DNA from: Octopus vulgaris
Taxonomy: Eukaryota
DNA: 64,000 bases
Direction of reading: 5' to 3'
Assembly: GCA_951406725.2 (NCBI GenBank)
Contig: OX597821.1
Coordinates: forward strand, 75,454,001 to 75,518,000
The notes under the pieces were generated by a model that searched no databases, was not told the origin of the DNA, and saw only the letters and a program-made list of their open reading frames with translations. Made by a program: the position numbers and the translations under genes. Below, piece after piece: positions 28,962-42,584 of the stretch (the first letter of the stretch is position 1; each line of letters begins with the position of its first letter).

Positions 28962-29109
28962 AAGAGAGAGGGAGATAAAGGAGGAAAGATAGAAAGAGAA
29001 AGAGAGACGGAAACATAAAAAAAGGGAAGAAAATAAAGAAGAGAAAGAAATATTTTAAAAAGAAGGAAATATAAATGAAGTTGTAATGAAAAAAAGAAGA
29101 AAATTTGGT

Positions 29110-29141
<32 letters not shown>

Positions 29142-30021
29142 AGAAAAGAAAGAGAACACATAAATCGCGAATGCCGAATACGCTTCCACTGGATACTGAC
29201 CTGCAACTTACTGAAACTTTAATAGCAATATCAACCAAACAATAACAACAACAACAATACCGTCGTCACCAACACCACCACCACCACCACCACCCCGCCC
29301 CACCAGCAAGAACAAGAACAACAATAACAAGTACGGGAGACAGGCACGTGGTAGGAGAGAAGGAAGGGCGGAGTGGGTGGATGGGTGGAGGGCAGAGAGA
29401 TAGGCAGCGAGAGAAGGAAGAGGAAGATGGAGAAAGGGAGGGAGGGAGAGTTAGAATGAAAAGAAAAAAGAGAAAAGATATGTGGTGGTAGTGGTGAAGG
29501 TGGGGGAGGTGGGATGAGGTGTGACTAAGAGTCAAAGGTTATTGGATGAGGGCGAATGTGTGGAAGGGAGCGCACCTGCCCGCCCCCATCATCACTCTGT
29601 TTATTTCGACAAAAGGAGGCGTCGGTGGCGGCGGCGGCGGGGACAGGGGGGGAGGGAGCACCGGGACAGACTGACAGAGAATGGTTGAACACAAGAAGCA
29701 AGTGTGAAAGATAAATTGTCGTCAAAAAAGAAAAAAAAGAAGGGGAGGAGGAGGAGAAGGAAGGGGGCAGAAATAGTAGTAGTAGTAGTAGTAGTAATTG
29801 CAGCGGTATGAGGTAATGGGGAGAAAGACATAGAGAACGTGAAGGAGAAATGGGGGGGAAAGAGAGAGAGAGAGAGTGGGAGAAGGAAGAGAGAGTGAGA
29901 GAGAGATGCAAGTAGGTGTATGTGAAAGTATCAGAGTTAAGGATTAGAGGGGGAGAATTAGAAACGTATGCGGAGGTGGGAAGCGAGAAAGATGCTGTAA
30001 TGGCAGCGACAAAGCAGCAAT

Positions 30022-30065
<44 letters not shown>

Positions 30066-31736
30066 TAGTAGGAGTAGTAGTAGTAGGAGTAGTAGTAGTA
30101 GGAGTAGTAGTAGCAGCAGCAACGATGAGAGAGAGAAAAAAGAAATGTTGCTGGAGAAATATAAGGGAAAACTAGAAGAGGAGTGAGAGAGGGGGTAAAG
30201 AGAAAAAGGAGGAAAGAGGGAGAGATAAAGAGAGAGAGAGAGGGAGAGAAAAGAAGAAAGTAGACTGGGAGAAGGAGAAGGAAGTGGTTGGAAAGAGTGG
30301 AAGGATGAGGAGGTAATAAAGTCGGGAGTTGAGGAAGGAGAAGAGAAGAGACGAGAAGAGAAGGAAAGACGGTGTGAGAAGTAAAAGAGATAAATGAATG
30401 AGTAAGGAGAGGGAGTAGAGAAGAGATATAAAGGAGGAGAGAGAGGAGGAAGAAAAAGATGATTAGGTGGAGAAGGGGGAGGAGAAAAGCAGCAGAAAGG
30501 GAGAAGGAATAAATGAAGTGAAAGAAGAAACGGAAAAAGAGGAAAGAAGGAAATATAAGACGAATAAGGAGACGAAGAAGAAGTAGAAGTAGAAGAAGAA
30601 GAAGAAGAAGAAGAAGAAGAAGAAGAAGAAGAAGAAGAAGAAGAAGAAGAAGAAGAAATGAAAGAAGAAGAAATGAAAGAAGAAGACGAAGAAGACGTGA
30701 TAGAAAACGGAAGAAATGAAAGAAAGAGGGAAAATAAAAAATCTGGAAGATTAAGACACGAAGAAGGAGTTGATATAGGCATTGTTTAGCCCTAGGTCAG
30801 CGTGGTTGAACAGAGCTCTGATCAAATATTTCAGCTGTGACCGTATTATAAATATACCTTAAATAAATATTTAAAATCGCATTGTCTTCTATGAAAACAC
30901 TTCGTCTTTGTCCATTTGCTTGTTTTATTCTTTAGGCTATGGCCAGGCTGGAGCGCTGTTACGAAGGATTTTTCGTCATTCATCTCGTCCCTAAAGCTTA
31001 TTTTAAAGCCTGGTGCTTATTTTAGCGAATTGTATTAATTGGAGATACAAGAAGTTCCGGGACTTAAACACGGACAAAAGTATACACACACGCGCGATCT
31101 CCATCCTTCTCTCTTTCTCTCTCTCTCTGTCTCTCTGTCTCTCTCTCTCTCTCTCTCTGTCTCTCTGTCTCTCTGTCTCTGTCTCTCTGTCTCTCTGTCT
31201 CTCTCTCTGTCTCTCTCTCTCACACACACATACGCACGCACTCACACACACACGCATACACTCACACACACGTAGAAGGCACTTGCCAAATGCTGCTGCA
31301 CCGTGGGGGTGTTAACGTTAATTATGATGATGATGCTGGTCGAAGAATAAGATGCTCGTAAGGACAATGGCGGTGACGCTGGTGAAAATGGGCATTGTGA
31401 TGGTGGTGAAGATGTGGTAGCAGTGGTAGTGATGATGATGAAGGTGATGGTGATGGTGGTGGTGGTGGTGGTGGTGGTGGTGGTGGTGGTGTTGGTGGTG
31501 TCGGTGGCTGTGGTTTTGACAGAAATGAGAGTGTGACAATAGCAAATATTGAAACATGAGGATTTCAAAGATTCTGTTTCGGTTTGTGATGGAAGAAATG
31601 GATTGTAGAGAAAGTGTACAGGGCTAATGACGATGATGATGATTATGATGATGATGAAGGTGGTAGTGGTAGCGGTGATGGTGATGGTGATGATGATGAT
31701 GATGATGAGGATGACGACGATGACGACGACGACGAC

Positions 31737-31785
<49 letters not shown>

Positions 31786-31890
31786 CAGAGAATGAGTTAA
31801 GGAAGACAGAGAGTGAAAAAGGTTTCTTTGAAATTGAAATATACGACGCAGAGAGACAGAGAGTGAAAAAAGAGAGAGAGAGAGAGAGAC

Positions 31891-31923
<33 letters not shown>

Positions 31924-31940
31924 GAAAGAGGGAGGGGGAT
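28680..31940. repeat. Low-complexity purine-skewed block: (GAT)n, (GA)n, (AAAG)n, (CAG)n/(TAG)n, (GAA)n, (GGT)n
   Basis: Directly visible; source of the long poly-S/L/D/H ORFs. Confidence 0.9.
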
Positions 31941-32043
31941 GTAGAGAACAACTGCATCAGTGAAGGACAGAGAATGAGGCAGCCGGATGTAAGAGGTGAG
32001 TCAGGTAAAGAAAACTATGATTTCATATATATATATAAAGATA

Positions 32044-32108
<65 letters not shown>

Positions 32109-32109
32109 T

Positions 32110-32487
32110 TACTCGTTTCAGTCATTTGACTGTGGCCATGCTGGAGCACCACATTATAGTCGAACAAATCGAACCCCCAGGACTTACGTTTGAAAGCCTG
32201 TTACTGATTCTTTTGATGAACCGCTGTGATCCAGGAAAATAAACACACTAGCACCGGTTGTCGAGTGGTGATGTGGTGGAGGACAAACACACACACACAC
32301 ACACACACAGATATACATACATATACACATATATACGACGGGCTTTCACTTGCCATCCTCTCATAAGGCTTTGGTCGACCCAAAGCTATAGTAGAAGACA
32401 TTTGCCCACGGTGTCACGTATTGGAACTGAACTCAGAACCATGTGGTTGGGAGGCAAGCTTCTTACCATATAGCCACGCCCGTGCCT
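32110..32487 (-). mobile_element. CORE-like SINE
   Basis: Collinear with 12121-12526. Confidence 0.78.
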
Positions 32488-32572
32488 CTCTCTCTCTCAC
32501 TATATATATACACGCATATGTATATGTATGTATATATGTATATGCGCATATCTATATATATGTGTATGTGTG

Positions 32573-32613
<41 letters not shown>

Positions 32614-32767
32614 ACAAAAACATGTAGCTAGCTAGGTGAAGAGACAGAGAGATAAATAGATCGGTATATAGATAGATAGGCAGATAGTACATAAATTAAT
32701 AGATAGGTAGGTAGGTAGGTAGATAGATAGATAGTTATTTGGTGCACACACACATACGCGAACATAA

Positions 32768-32810
<43 letters not shown>

Positions 32811-32819
32811 CATACATGT

Positions 32820-33028
32820 GTACTTCGTAAACACCAGTCGCGTTTTTTTCCCTATGTTCGCCCACATCGGGATCTTTCTTTCTTCTTTCTTCCTTCTCTT
32901 ATGTTTCCGACGAAAAGCTCCGCTCGAAACGTCATACCCTCCTTCTTCCATTTTCCTGAGCGCCTAATAATAATAATACAGTAATTGTTCCACGTGTTGT
33001 TGTTTTTTCTGTTTTCCCGTTTGGATTA

Positions 33029-33033
<5 letters not shown>
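32820..33033 (+). mobile_element. PLE-derived HHR mini-element, family A
   Basis: gttt CCGACGA a aagc tcc gctc GAAA cgtc at 32903-32933; ends ttggattaacct then (TA)n. Confidence 0.78.
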
Positions 33034-33109
<76 letters not shown>

Positions 33110-33110
<1 letters not shown>

Positions 33111-33231
33111 TAAAAAAATACGAACTGGGACAAGAACGCAAAACATTTAGAAGACGATACAAAAGACACGGACGGGACATTCGAAGCCTTCAATCTTCAG
33201 TCAAGAACCGGATCACCCTCGCAATTTCGGC

Positions 33232-33235
<4 letters not shown>
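33110..33235 (-). mobile_element. Short repeat unit, family of 7358
   Basis: Reverse complement atcagccgaaattgcgagggtgatccggttcttgactgaaga..., embedded between microsatellites. Confidence 0.55.
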
Positions 33236-33312
<77 letters not shown>

Positions 33313-33404
33313 CATATATATATATATAAATATATATTATATATATATGCATATATATATACATACATATATATATATATATATATAATATATATTTATA
33401 TAAA

Positions 33405-33435
<31 letters not shown>

Positions 33436-33565
33436 ATAGATATGTATAATATAAATATATATATATAAATAGATTGATGAAAGGATATATATATGTGTGT
33501 GTTTGTATGTGTATGTTTGTGTGCATGCGTGTATGTGTGTGTGTGTGTATCCATATCTTTATATT

Positions 33566-33607
<42 letters not shown>

Positions 33608-33608
<1 letters not shown>

Positions 33609-34532
33609 TGGAAGCTTTATGAAAATAGACAAAAGACGAAGGCAGGTGGAAAACAAACAAACAATTGTATTAGTATGGCGCTCAGGAAATATAAATAAAA
33701 CAAGTCTTTAACGTTTCGAGCCTACGCTCTTCAACAGAAAGATACACAGAGAGAAAAAAAAACACAGAAAGAAGGAGAGAAAAAAATGCGTGCAGTAACT
33801 AACGAATCAACATGGCGATCTGATTTCGGCCAGAGGTCAAAGATCAAACATGAGACGCGAGAGCGAAATAAGGGGAGATAATAGGGTTGATAATAGGGTT
33901 GAATGACCCTAGGATAGGTCTGGACAGGCGTATGTATGGGGTTGGTGTATGTATTAGTATGTATTAGTATGTATTAGTATGTATTAGTACGTATTAGTAT
34001 GTATAAGTGTGTGTGTGTGTGTATGAGAGAGTATAAGTGCGTATGAGGGGTCTGGACGTGTGTATGTATAGGGTTGGTGTATGTATTAGTATGTAGTAGT
34101 ATGTATTAGTACGTATTAGTATGTATTAGTTGGTGTATGTATTAGTATGGCACATCATATATGATGTGATGTGTAAAGTCGTGTGGTGTAGTGAGAAGAG
34201 GGGGGAGAGAAGGGGGGAGAAGAGTGGGGGAGAGGGGGAAGAGGAGAGGAGGGGGGAAGGAAGGGGAGGAGGGGGGAGGAATGAGGAAAGAGGGGGGAGA
34301 GAAGGGGAGTGAGGGAGCAGAGGGAAGGAGGGAGGGAGAAAGAGGGAAGAAGGGAAGGGGAGTAGGGGTGAAAGGATGAAGGACTGAAGAAGTAGGGGTC
34401 GGGGGGGAAGGATAGGTGGAGGGGGAGAGGGGGGTTAGATGAGGAAGGGGGGAGAGTTGAGACCAAATGGCGTATAAGAGCGAAGAGAGAAGATTAATTC
34501 CTGTTCACGGCGCAAACGGGAATCCAGATGGC

Positions 34533-34535
<3 letters not shown>
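33608..34535 (-). mobile_element. 5'-truncated Penelope-like element (family B) inside (TA)n
   Basis: Minus 34533-34435 reads GHLDSRLRREQELIFSLRSYTPFGLNSPPFLI* (GIY-YIG end R..RE...I..L....P.GLN); then pyrimidine-rich UTR and HHR at 33705-33742; TA arrays on both sides. Confidence 0.85.
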
Positions 34536-34566
<31 letters not shown>

Positions 34567-34927
34567 GTATAAGTACATACACTTTTTTCTGCAAAAAAAG
34601 GGTAGCTTATCCTGTTCAGGCTATACTATTAGCGTTATCCTGCGTTTGACAATTTAAAGTTACTTCTTTAACTTTCTATTTCATACATACATACATACAT
34701 ACATACATACATACATACATACATACATACATACATACATACATACATACATACACACACATACATGTATATATCTTTCTGAAGAATTTTCGAATATTGA
34801 TTTCCTGATATTAATAATAATATATTATTAAATATATATATTTATATACATACATATTCTACTTTGCCTCCTACCTAAACTTTAATTTTAGATACAAATT
34901 ATATATATATTTATGTATGTGTGTGTG

Positions 34928-34990
<63 letters not shown>

Positions 34991-35055
34991 GTCTATCTAT
35001 ATCTATATATGTATATTTGTTTATATGTGTGTGTGTGTGTGTATGTGTGTGTGTG

Positions 35056-35141
<86 letters not shown>

Positions 35142-35413
35142 CATAATACTTGCGTATGTTGTGAATTTCTGGAAAGAAATCCCATAGAACTCGACAATTT
35201 TTTTAAAAAATGGAGAAGAGAAGATGTTAAAATATATAAGAGAATTTTAATTTATGTAGACGATCGTTTCGTACAGCGATGTAAAAATCATGTAAATTCA
35301 TGGTTGGATAGAATTGATTAATTAAATTAAATTAAATTAAACTGATTATATATCACTGTACTCTTCAGTGCAAGAAGTATAAACAAAATTTTACAAAGGT
35401 CTTGAGAAAGGAA

Positions 35414-35455
<42 letters not shown>

Positions 35456-35534
35456 GCATAGAATCATAACTAGATGGGCAGAGAAATTGATTAGATAGAT
35501 AGATAGATAATTATTGTTTTAATCACTGTTTGGC

Positions 35535-35568
<34 letters not shown>

Positions 35569-36016
35569 GGGGGTGTTAAGAAAGACAAATGCTGAAGCTG
35601 GGTACTCTTTGTGATAAGCAGAAATCCAAATCTTCGTTTTCTTAGAAATAGTTGACATTATAACAATTAGGTTCAGATGTAAAGACAATTCAGCAGGTAA
35701 TACGTCAAAATATAATTGTTCACTGATGAACTATTCATTCGTAATACATTCTGGCATATTACATCATCTATACGTTAATCTCTGCTATATTTCGTCACTG
35801 GAGAACAACTTTCACACGTATGTGTGTTCAAGATGCACTCACTTCATTAGCTACGTATTAATAATAATTATGCTAGAGGGTTTTTAATTATCTGTGTTCA
35901 TCGTGCACATGATTAGTTTTTTTACCTGCTCGTATGCATGAAAAAGCAATTTGTTTGATGAAGTTATAAACATGAGGCAAAAAGCTCTTCTCAGATTCAT
36001 TCGTCTGTGTAGCTTT

Positions 36017-36050
36017 GCCTGAGGAGATACAACGATCTCGAAACGTCGGG
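36017..36050 (+). ncRNA. Degenerate minimal hammerhead motif
   Basis: c CTGAGGA gatacaacgatctc GAAA c GTC g; stem II is out of register. Confidence 0.45.
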
Positions 36051-36180
36051 TGATCCAAAGTCACCTTTTGTTAATGAATCGAGATTGTTATGTTAAACAC
36101 ATTCGTCTGAAAGGAGACATTATTTCCCAGTGTCAAAATGCAACAGCGATTAATCTATTTACGCTCGAATCTGTCGGAAC

Positions 36181-36419
36181 ATATTTATTTCCTTATTGCC
36201 CACAAAGGGGCTAAACATAGAGTAAACAAACAAGGACACACAAAGGGATTAAGTCGATTACATCGTCCTCAGTGCATAACTGGTACTTATTTAATCGACC
36301 CCGAAAGGATGAAAGGCAAAATCGACCTCGGAGGAATTTCAACTCAGAACGTAGCGGCAGACGAAATACTGCGAAGCATTTCACCCGGCGTGTTAACGAT
36401 TCTGCCAGCTCGCTGCCTT
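36181..36419 (-). mobile_element. Full-length Meta-core SINE
   Basis: Collinear with 15683-15916. Confidence 0.85.
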
Positions 36420-36949
36420 AACTGCCGGAATATGTTTAAAATGAATATTTAAATCATTATTTTGCTTCTCTAAAACTCGCAATAGTTTATTTATGGCTTA
36501 GCTTAAGACCTACAAGGGAGTACCGTTCTCATGTGTCAAACTATGCGGCTGCAGCACACACAGGCTTTCTAGACCACATCCATTCGGATGATTGACAATG
36601 ATTTACTTTCCGGCAATTAGGAACAATTTTCTATCGTTGATATGATAACATCTGTTATTTAAAACTAATTGGCTTCTTAGCATTTTTATTACGTCCATGA
36701 AACTCACAAGTCCTCATACTGACCCTGCTACATCATACATCTTCGTGCATGTGTTGAGCTCTTTCTTCAAGTTTAGCCCCCCCCACTCTTTTTTTGAAAA
36801 TATTCTTTTTAAAGTCATCAAGCTGGCAATCCATAAATTCATTAATATCAGATGACTGACAGAGATAACAAGTATGCACCTCCTCAGAAAAAGAAAAAAA
36901 AAAACTCATCAAAAGTGTATTTGTTTTCATACAATACAGAAAATGTTCT

Positions 36950-37110
36950 TTTCTACTCTAGACACAAGGCATGAACTTTTTGTGGGAGGTGGGGCCAGTC
37001 GATTAGATCGACTCCAGTACACAACTGGTACATAATTTATCGACCCCGAAAGAATGAAAGACAAAGTCGACCTGGGCGGAATTTGAACTCAGAACGTAAA
37101 GACAGATGAA
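36950..37110 (-). mobile_element. Meta-core SINE lacking its 5' head, alternative tail
   Basis: Collinear with 1-153. Confidence 0.78.
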
Positions 37111-37473
37111 ACAATAGAAAGAATGCTCTCAGAAAACATTATTTGCAACGCTCGAAACACAAATATCATACATAATCCCCAAATTTAGAATTGAATTAAA
37201 CTGAGATGATGCCCTAAATAATTTTCAATTTAGAAAGATGCGTGTCCTAGTGATTAGGTTGTTAGACACAGATTCATAATGTCCAATGAATAATACTTGG
37301 GCCAGGTTATGTGTTTGAACAAGACATTTCATTTCACGTTGTTCCACTCTTTTCAAGTGAAAAATGAATACTAGTCGAGTGCAAGTGCAGCTCTTTCTCC
37401 TGCTTGTCACATTTTAGTTCCACTGCTGGGTTAAGGGTGCCAAGGACATAAAAATGGCTATGTTTGATTGCAA

Positions 37474-37763
37474 CAAGAAATAGCTATAACATCATACTCA
37501 CAAGCAGATATGATCTGATTGATTGTAAGACTACTAGCCTGTAACATGCTTTGGGTAGGGTTAGCCAAATAAGAAATACCTATAAGATCATACTCACAAG
37601 CAGGTATGATCTGGTAGTGTGAGTGTAAGACTACTAGCCTGTAACATTCTTTGGGTAGGGTTAGCCAAACAAGAAATACCTATAAGGTTATACTCACAAG
37701 CAGGTATGATCTGGTAGTGTGTAAGACTACTAGGGTGTAACACGCTTTGCGTAGGGTTAGCCA
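37474..37763. repeat. Three tandem copies of a 93-100 bp unit
   Basis: aagaaata.ctataa..atactcacaagcag.tatgatctg..gtaagactactag..gtagggttagcca occurs three times. Confidence 0.92.
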
Positions 37764-38555
37764 GTTATTGGTCAATATCATTAATTCACCTAAATGCGGT
37801 ATGTTTAGCCAGCTGTCAAACCTTGAATTAGCTGTATACAATATGTAAACCTGAGATATGACTGCGCAAAGGCTTAAAACCATAAAAATAACTTAATTAT
37901 ATAGAACATAAATTCTGTGGATATTAGAGATTGGTTGAAAATATAAAGAGCAAGAACAGATTGCCGCATATGCAAGCTATTGACTCGAATGATAACGGAC
38001 GAGATTTTGACTTAATGTCAGAGCTTAAATACTCTTGTAACAAATTGGAGAAAGAGGCTTCCGGAGAACATAACAATGCAGTTGACGATAAATATGTTTA
38101 AACACTTTAAATATCGCCATTATAGTCGATGATATCATTACAAGACTTGACCGGGATCATCTGTTAGAAATAAAATATTGGGGACCCAGAGAAACTTATA
38201 GATATCTGCTTGGTCAAAATTTCATCGTAGCCCTGCACGAAGACTTCTTATGCGATAAAACGCCTTAACATACGTATTCGTGTCTGTGTAAGTGTTTTAT
38301 TGTTTTTTTTTCTTCTTCATTTATACATGTAACGAAAAATATTTAAAATTCCTCGTGTTAAACTTTAGAAAATCTCGAAAATGAAAGAACTCAACTTTAT
38401 GCCGATGTGAAAATAACATATAAATATATTTTTAAGCATACTATAAATAGTAATATAAACACACACACACACGTACTCACAAACACACACATGCATTCAT
38501 ATGTGCATCCATGCATCTTTATATACATACAAACATACATACATGCGTACATAAA

Positions 38556-38782
38556 TATATATGTACCGTCGTAGAGGTCAGCTGCCCTGCAGATATAAAT
38601 ACTTCTTTGAAAATCAAAGGAAAAGAGGATATCTATGGACATCTGCTTCGAAACCTCCAGCTTCTATATCCAGACTATAAATTCATATTCATACCAATAA
38701 TAACTAGTGCATTAGGCTTTGTTAGTAAATGCTTAAAGGAGAATCTGGATAAACTGGGATTTTCTGAAAGAGAAATCGACCA
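38556..38782 (+). pseudogene. Restriction-like endonuclease fragment of an R4/Dong-type non-LTR retrotransposon
   Basis: CTVVEVSCPADIN..KIKGKEDIYGHLLRNLQLLYPDYKFIFIPIITSALGFVSKCLKENL fits the REL motif E..CP.D.N..K..Y..P.I..ALG. Confidence 0.78.
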
Positions 38783-39311
38783 TAAAAACAACAATTACCA
38801 CAACTACCACGATGACAACACCGTGGGCGAACACACAAACACAGAGAGATACAGGAACTATACCAAATTTTCGGGTCTTAGGACAGCAGCAGCACACTAG
38901 GGTGAGAGGATGTGGCTGAGGATAAGGCCATACTACTGCTAAGAACAATGACACTCACATGCACACACACATACAGAAACACGGACGCAAACGCATGCGT
39001 ACATAAAGATACACTTCTTAGAAGAACAGAATGGAGTATGTAGAGCTAGAGCATACACGTAAACGAAAAGTGTTGGCGAAGAGGTCACAGATGTGTGATG
39101 AAAGATTTCCGGACAATGGATATGAATTGAAATACAAAAAATACGAACAGCAATAAACGAGTGAAGAACAAATATATGGTGCATGTGTTTATTTGTCAAA
39201 AAAAAGGAAAAATAATAACCATCCTGAAATGCAACAATAGCTCTTTCAACACACGATTTCACATCAGGAATCTTGCAACACAATATATATATATATATAT
39301 ATATGTAAGTG

Positions 39312-39700
39312 TTTCTACTGTATAAATCTATCTGAGAGATTTAGAAATGTATTATTTCTATATTCGAAATCAGTGAATGTATTTCACTTGAATTATTATA
39401 TGTTTACAGAGGCAGACAGGAATCGACAGCTAGCAAGTCGTGCTACTCAAGACTGATGACGAGCAATGACTCAGAAACTAGTCTCTGGACGCTGGCTTAG
39501 CTGGATGGAAGTTCTTACTTCCCCCAATGTAAATACAAGGACACTGGAAATATGTCAAGGTCGACAGGAAGCGGTTCTTCCTAGGGCTAAATAGAAGAAA
39601 TATTCTTCCCTTTCATGGAACTGTCACATTAAGTTGACAACATGCCACCACTTTATTGTGTTACTACTGTATAAATCATTGAGAGATTTAGAAATGAATT
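39312..39700 (+). mobile_element. HHR-bearing short element (family C) with terminal direct repeat
   Basis: actgtataaatc..tgagagatttagaaatg at about 39317 and 39667; HHR at 39450; 3' half matches 43906-44246. Confidence 0.65.
39450..39486 (+). ncRNA. Minimal type I hammerhead ribozyme
   Basis: aga CTGATGA cgag caatga ctca GAAA c ta GTC tct; the base pair at the foot of stem II is mismatched. Confidence 0.65.
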
Positions 39701-39732
39701 ATATATATATATATATATTTGTATATATTTAT

Positions 39733-39770
<38 letters not shown>

Positions 39771-39839
39771 GTATGTATGTATGTATGTATGTATGTATGT
39801 ATGTATGTAGGTATGTATGTATATATGTATGTATGTATA

Positions 39840-41114
39840 CAGGGTGCTATGCATAAATTGCTCAAAAATCAAAATAATCTTCTGAAATCTTATTTTAACA
39901 GATATATTTACCAAAATTGCATAAAAATAGCTTCAAACACTAAAGAGTATGTTTAATCAATAAAATCGTCATTGGCTTCAACCACGGCCTCCAGACGATT
40001 TCGGAATTTCTTGCAACTATTCTGAACCGTCTCTTTGTTTAAGTTGATAAATGCTGCCATAATCCTTGCCTTCACTTTATATTTGGTGTTACAAGGACTT
40101 TTGCTGGTCTCTTGGTCAAATGCGCCTCGCATATAATAATCAAGGAGGTTGCAGTCTGGGGAGTTAAGTGGCCAGATGTTAGGGGTGATGTGGTCACAGA
40201 AATTGTCTGACAGCCATCATTAGGTTCTCCTGCTTTTCTGGCATGGAGCAGTCTTGTTTCCAGACATAGGTTCTTCCAGCAGCCACCTACTTGACCCAGA
40301 GCAACATACCTCCTCCAGGCACTTGATGTTGGCCTCCACGTTAAATCTGAGGGCGAGTGGGAAGATGAATGGAGGCATAAAGTTTCCATCACTAGTGATC
40401 ACTCCGAACACCATGATGTTGACCAGATGTTTGATTTTTATCACTCTCTTTACATGTTTTGGAGTCACGGCAAGCCAACAGTTGTACTGTGTGTTCATCA
40501 TATAGCAGAAATTTTTCTCGTTTCAGAAAAACCAAGACGTGTTCAGTTGGAGGGGATGCTTGAGTTTGTTCAAAAGCTGAGAAGCGCGGTCTTCTTTCTT
40601 TTCCTTGATGGCTTGAGATAAAAATTGACCCTTTCTCATCTTGTATGAAGAATACCGAATGTCTTCATGCACTACTTGCCTGATAGGAAACTCAGACACT
40701 CCCAAATCCCTGGTGATGGACCTGATTGACTTGGAGGGATCGTTGACCTGGACCTCACCGACAAATTAAGGAGTTCTTTTCTTATCAGAACGATCGGAGT
40801 GTGTTTTCTTAGTAGCCGTTCATTCATAATCACTATTAGACTTATCCAACTCTTTCCGAACTCTTTGCACTGTCCTCACATTAACATACAAACACTCTGA
40901 AATGTTCGTATTGGAGGTTCCGGTGCGAATGCCAAGTAGTACAGCATTTCGTTTCCAAATTTCTAGGAGAATGAATTGTGTCATGATGCTGTTTTTCTCA
41001 CAGATGATGGTCAATTGACCCTACTATACTGTGTAGTCAACAAATCAAAATCAAACAATGCGCATACGCGAAATTAAAAATATGAAATGGCGACAATTTG
41101 CCCATTGCACGCTC
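39840..41114 (-). mobile_element. Full-length decayed maT/DD37D-like Tc1-mariner transposon
   Basis: TA-flanked TIRs CAGGGTGCTATGCATAAATTG and (rc) GAGCGTGCAATGGGCAAATTG; frameshifted transposase with HTH (NVRTVQRVRK), IMVFGVITSDG and WPLNSPDCNLLDY. Confidence 0.88.
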
Positions 41115-41249
41115 TATATATATCATATATATACATACATCCATATATACATACATACATACATAAATACATACATACATACGTACATACATACACAAAC
41201 ACACACATATATAAGAATACATTATGCATATAAATATTTGTCAATAGAG

Positions 41250-42022
41250 TGGGTATATTAATCGAAGTGTGCAGTATTATATATGATTTACTGCAGATCT
41301 TATCAATGGTTTTAGCACTGGGGTTCAATTGGGTGTTCGATAAAAGCGTGACTATGTAATTCTGCGCTCTTCAGAGATAGCGATAACGATAGTAAATTTG
41401 GCGACGACTCAACATTTATGATTGCTATAAAAAAGGCAAGGGTTTAGTTAATGTTTATGTGTCTTGGCATCAAAAATCTGTATCTGGGGTGTTGCAATGC
41501 GACAAGATTTTCCTAGAAATGTGTTTATGGGAAATGCGTGTATGCTTTGGGGTTGGTATACTTGTGGATTTGGAGTGTGTGCCGTGGCACTACATGTGTG
41601 GCACATGTGTTTTGTTTATGTTTTGTTCATGTTTTCGTTAAATTCTTTGGTGTATTTGTGTTTGTACGGAGTGTGTGTAGCGATGTGTAGAGGAAAATGC
41701 TGAAGGTTACAAAAGGGATCTATTTGGTAGATGTCTGCCATGTCTGGGCACGTCTGTCAGTGCGTTTGTGTATGCTCTGGTCGAACTTTTTGCCGGATTC
41801 CCAGGTGTTGGTGGTGGGAGAGCTGAATTTGGGGAATTGACTATTATAGTCACGATGGGGCACAAAATTCTGATTGGATGTACTCCGTTTCATGTGGCAA
41901 AGATTACAAATTTCACTTCTGCTGTTGGAAAAGATGCCTGGGGGATTGAGATTTCTTTAATATGGCTCTATTCTTGGCTAGGCATAATCGGCATTTCCTG
42001 CTGCTATTGAAGTAAGCTTTTA
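41250..42022 (-). mobile_element. 5'-truncated Penelope-like element
   Basis: Minus strand: KAYFNSSRKCRLCLAKNRAILK..NSRSEICNLCH (GIY-YIG tail as at 19703); decayed long-stem-II HHR at 41297-41378. Confidence 0.72.
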
Positions 42023-42120
42023 CATGATATATATATATATGATATATATGATATATGATATATATATATATATGATATATATATATATATATATATGATA
42101 TATAGGTATGTATGTATATG

Positions 42121-42180
<60 letters not shown>

Positions 42181-42584
42181 CAAACATATGTGTGTGTGTT
42201 TGCTTCCTTACCGTTCTCATTCAAGTTTTCGAAATTGATATAAAGTATCGAATCGAAGTCTCTATAATGATGTAACATATTACACCATTCGTGGAATGAA
42301 CGAAAACAGAAATGGCCTCACCGATTTATTTAATTCTTGTGATGAGTGAAAGTCAAATTTAACAAAAATTTGATCTGTTTTTACAGAAGCCGACCAACAA
42401 GCGTGTTTTTGTTGAATTAACCTTTTGATAGAAATCATTAGGAAATTAATTATGTTCATGTCACAACTACGTTCACATACTCACGCACTCATACAACGTA
42501 CGTTCACAGATAAAGCAGTGCTCCAGCATGAACACAGTTAAATGAATCAAACATGTAAAAGGATGAAAGTATATATATATATAT

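Noticed and set aside
28508-32129. 232, 274 and 171 aa ORFs (hydrophobic, poly-S, poly-D)
   Set aside because: Low-complexity repeats lacking stops; no domain signal.
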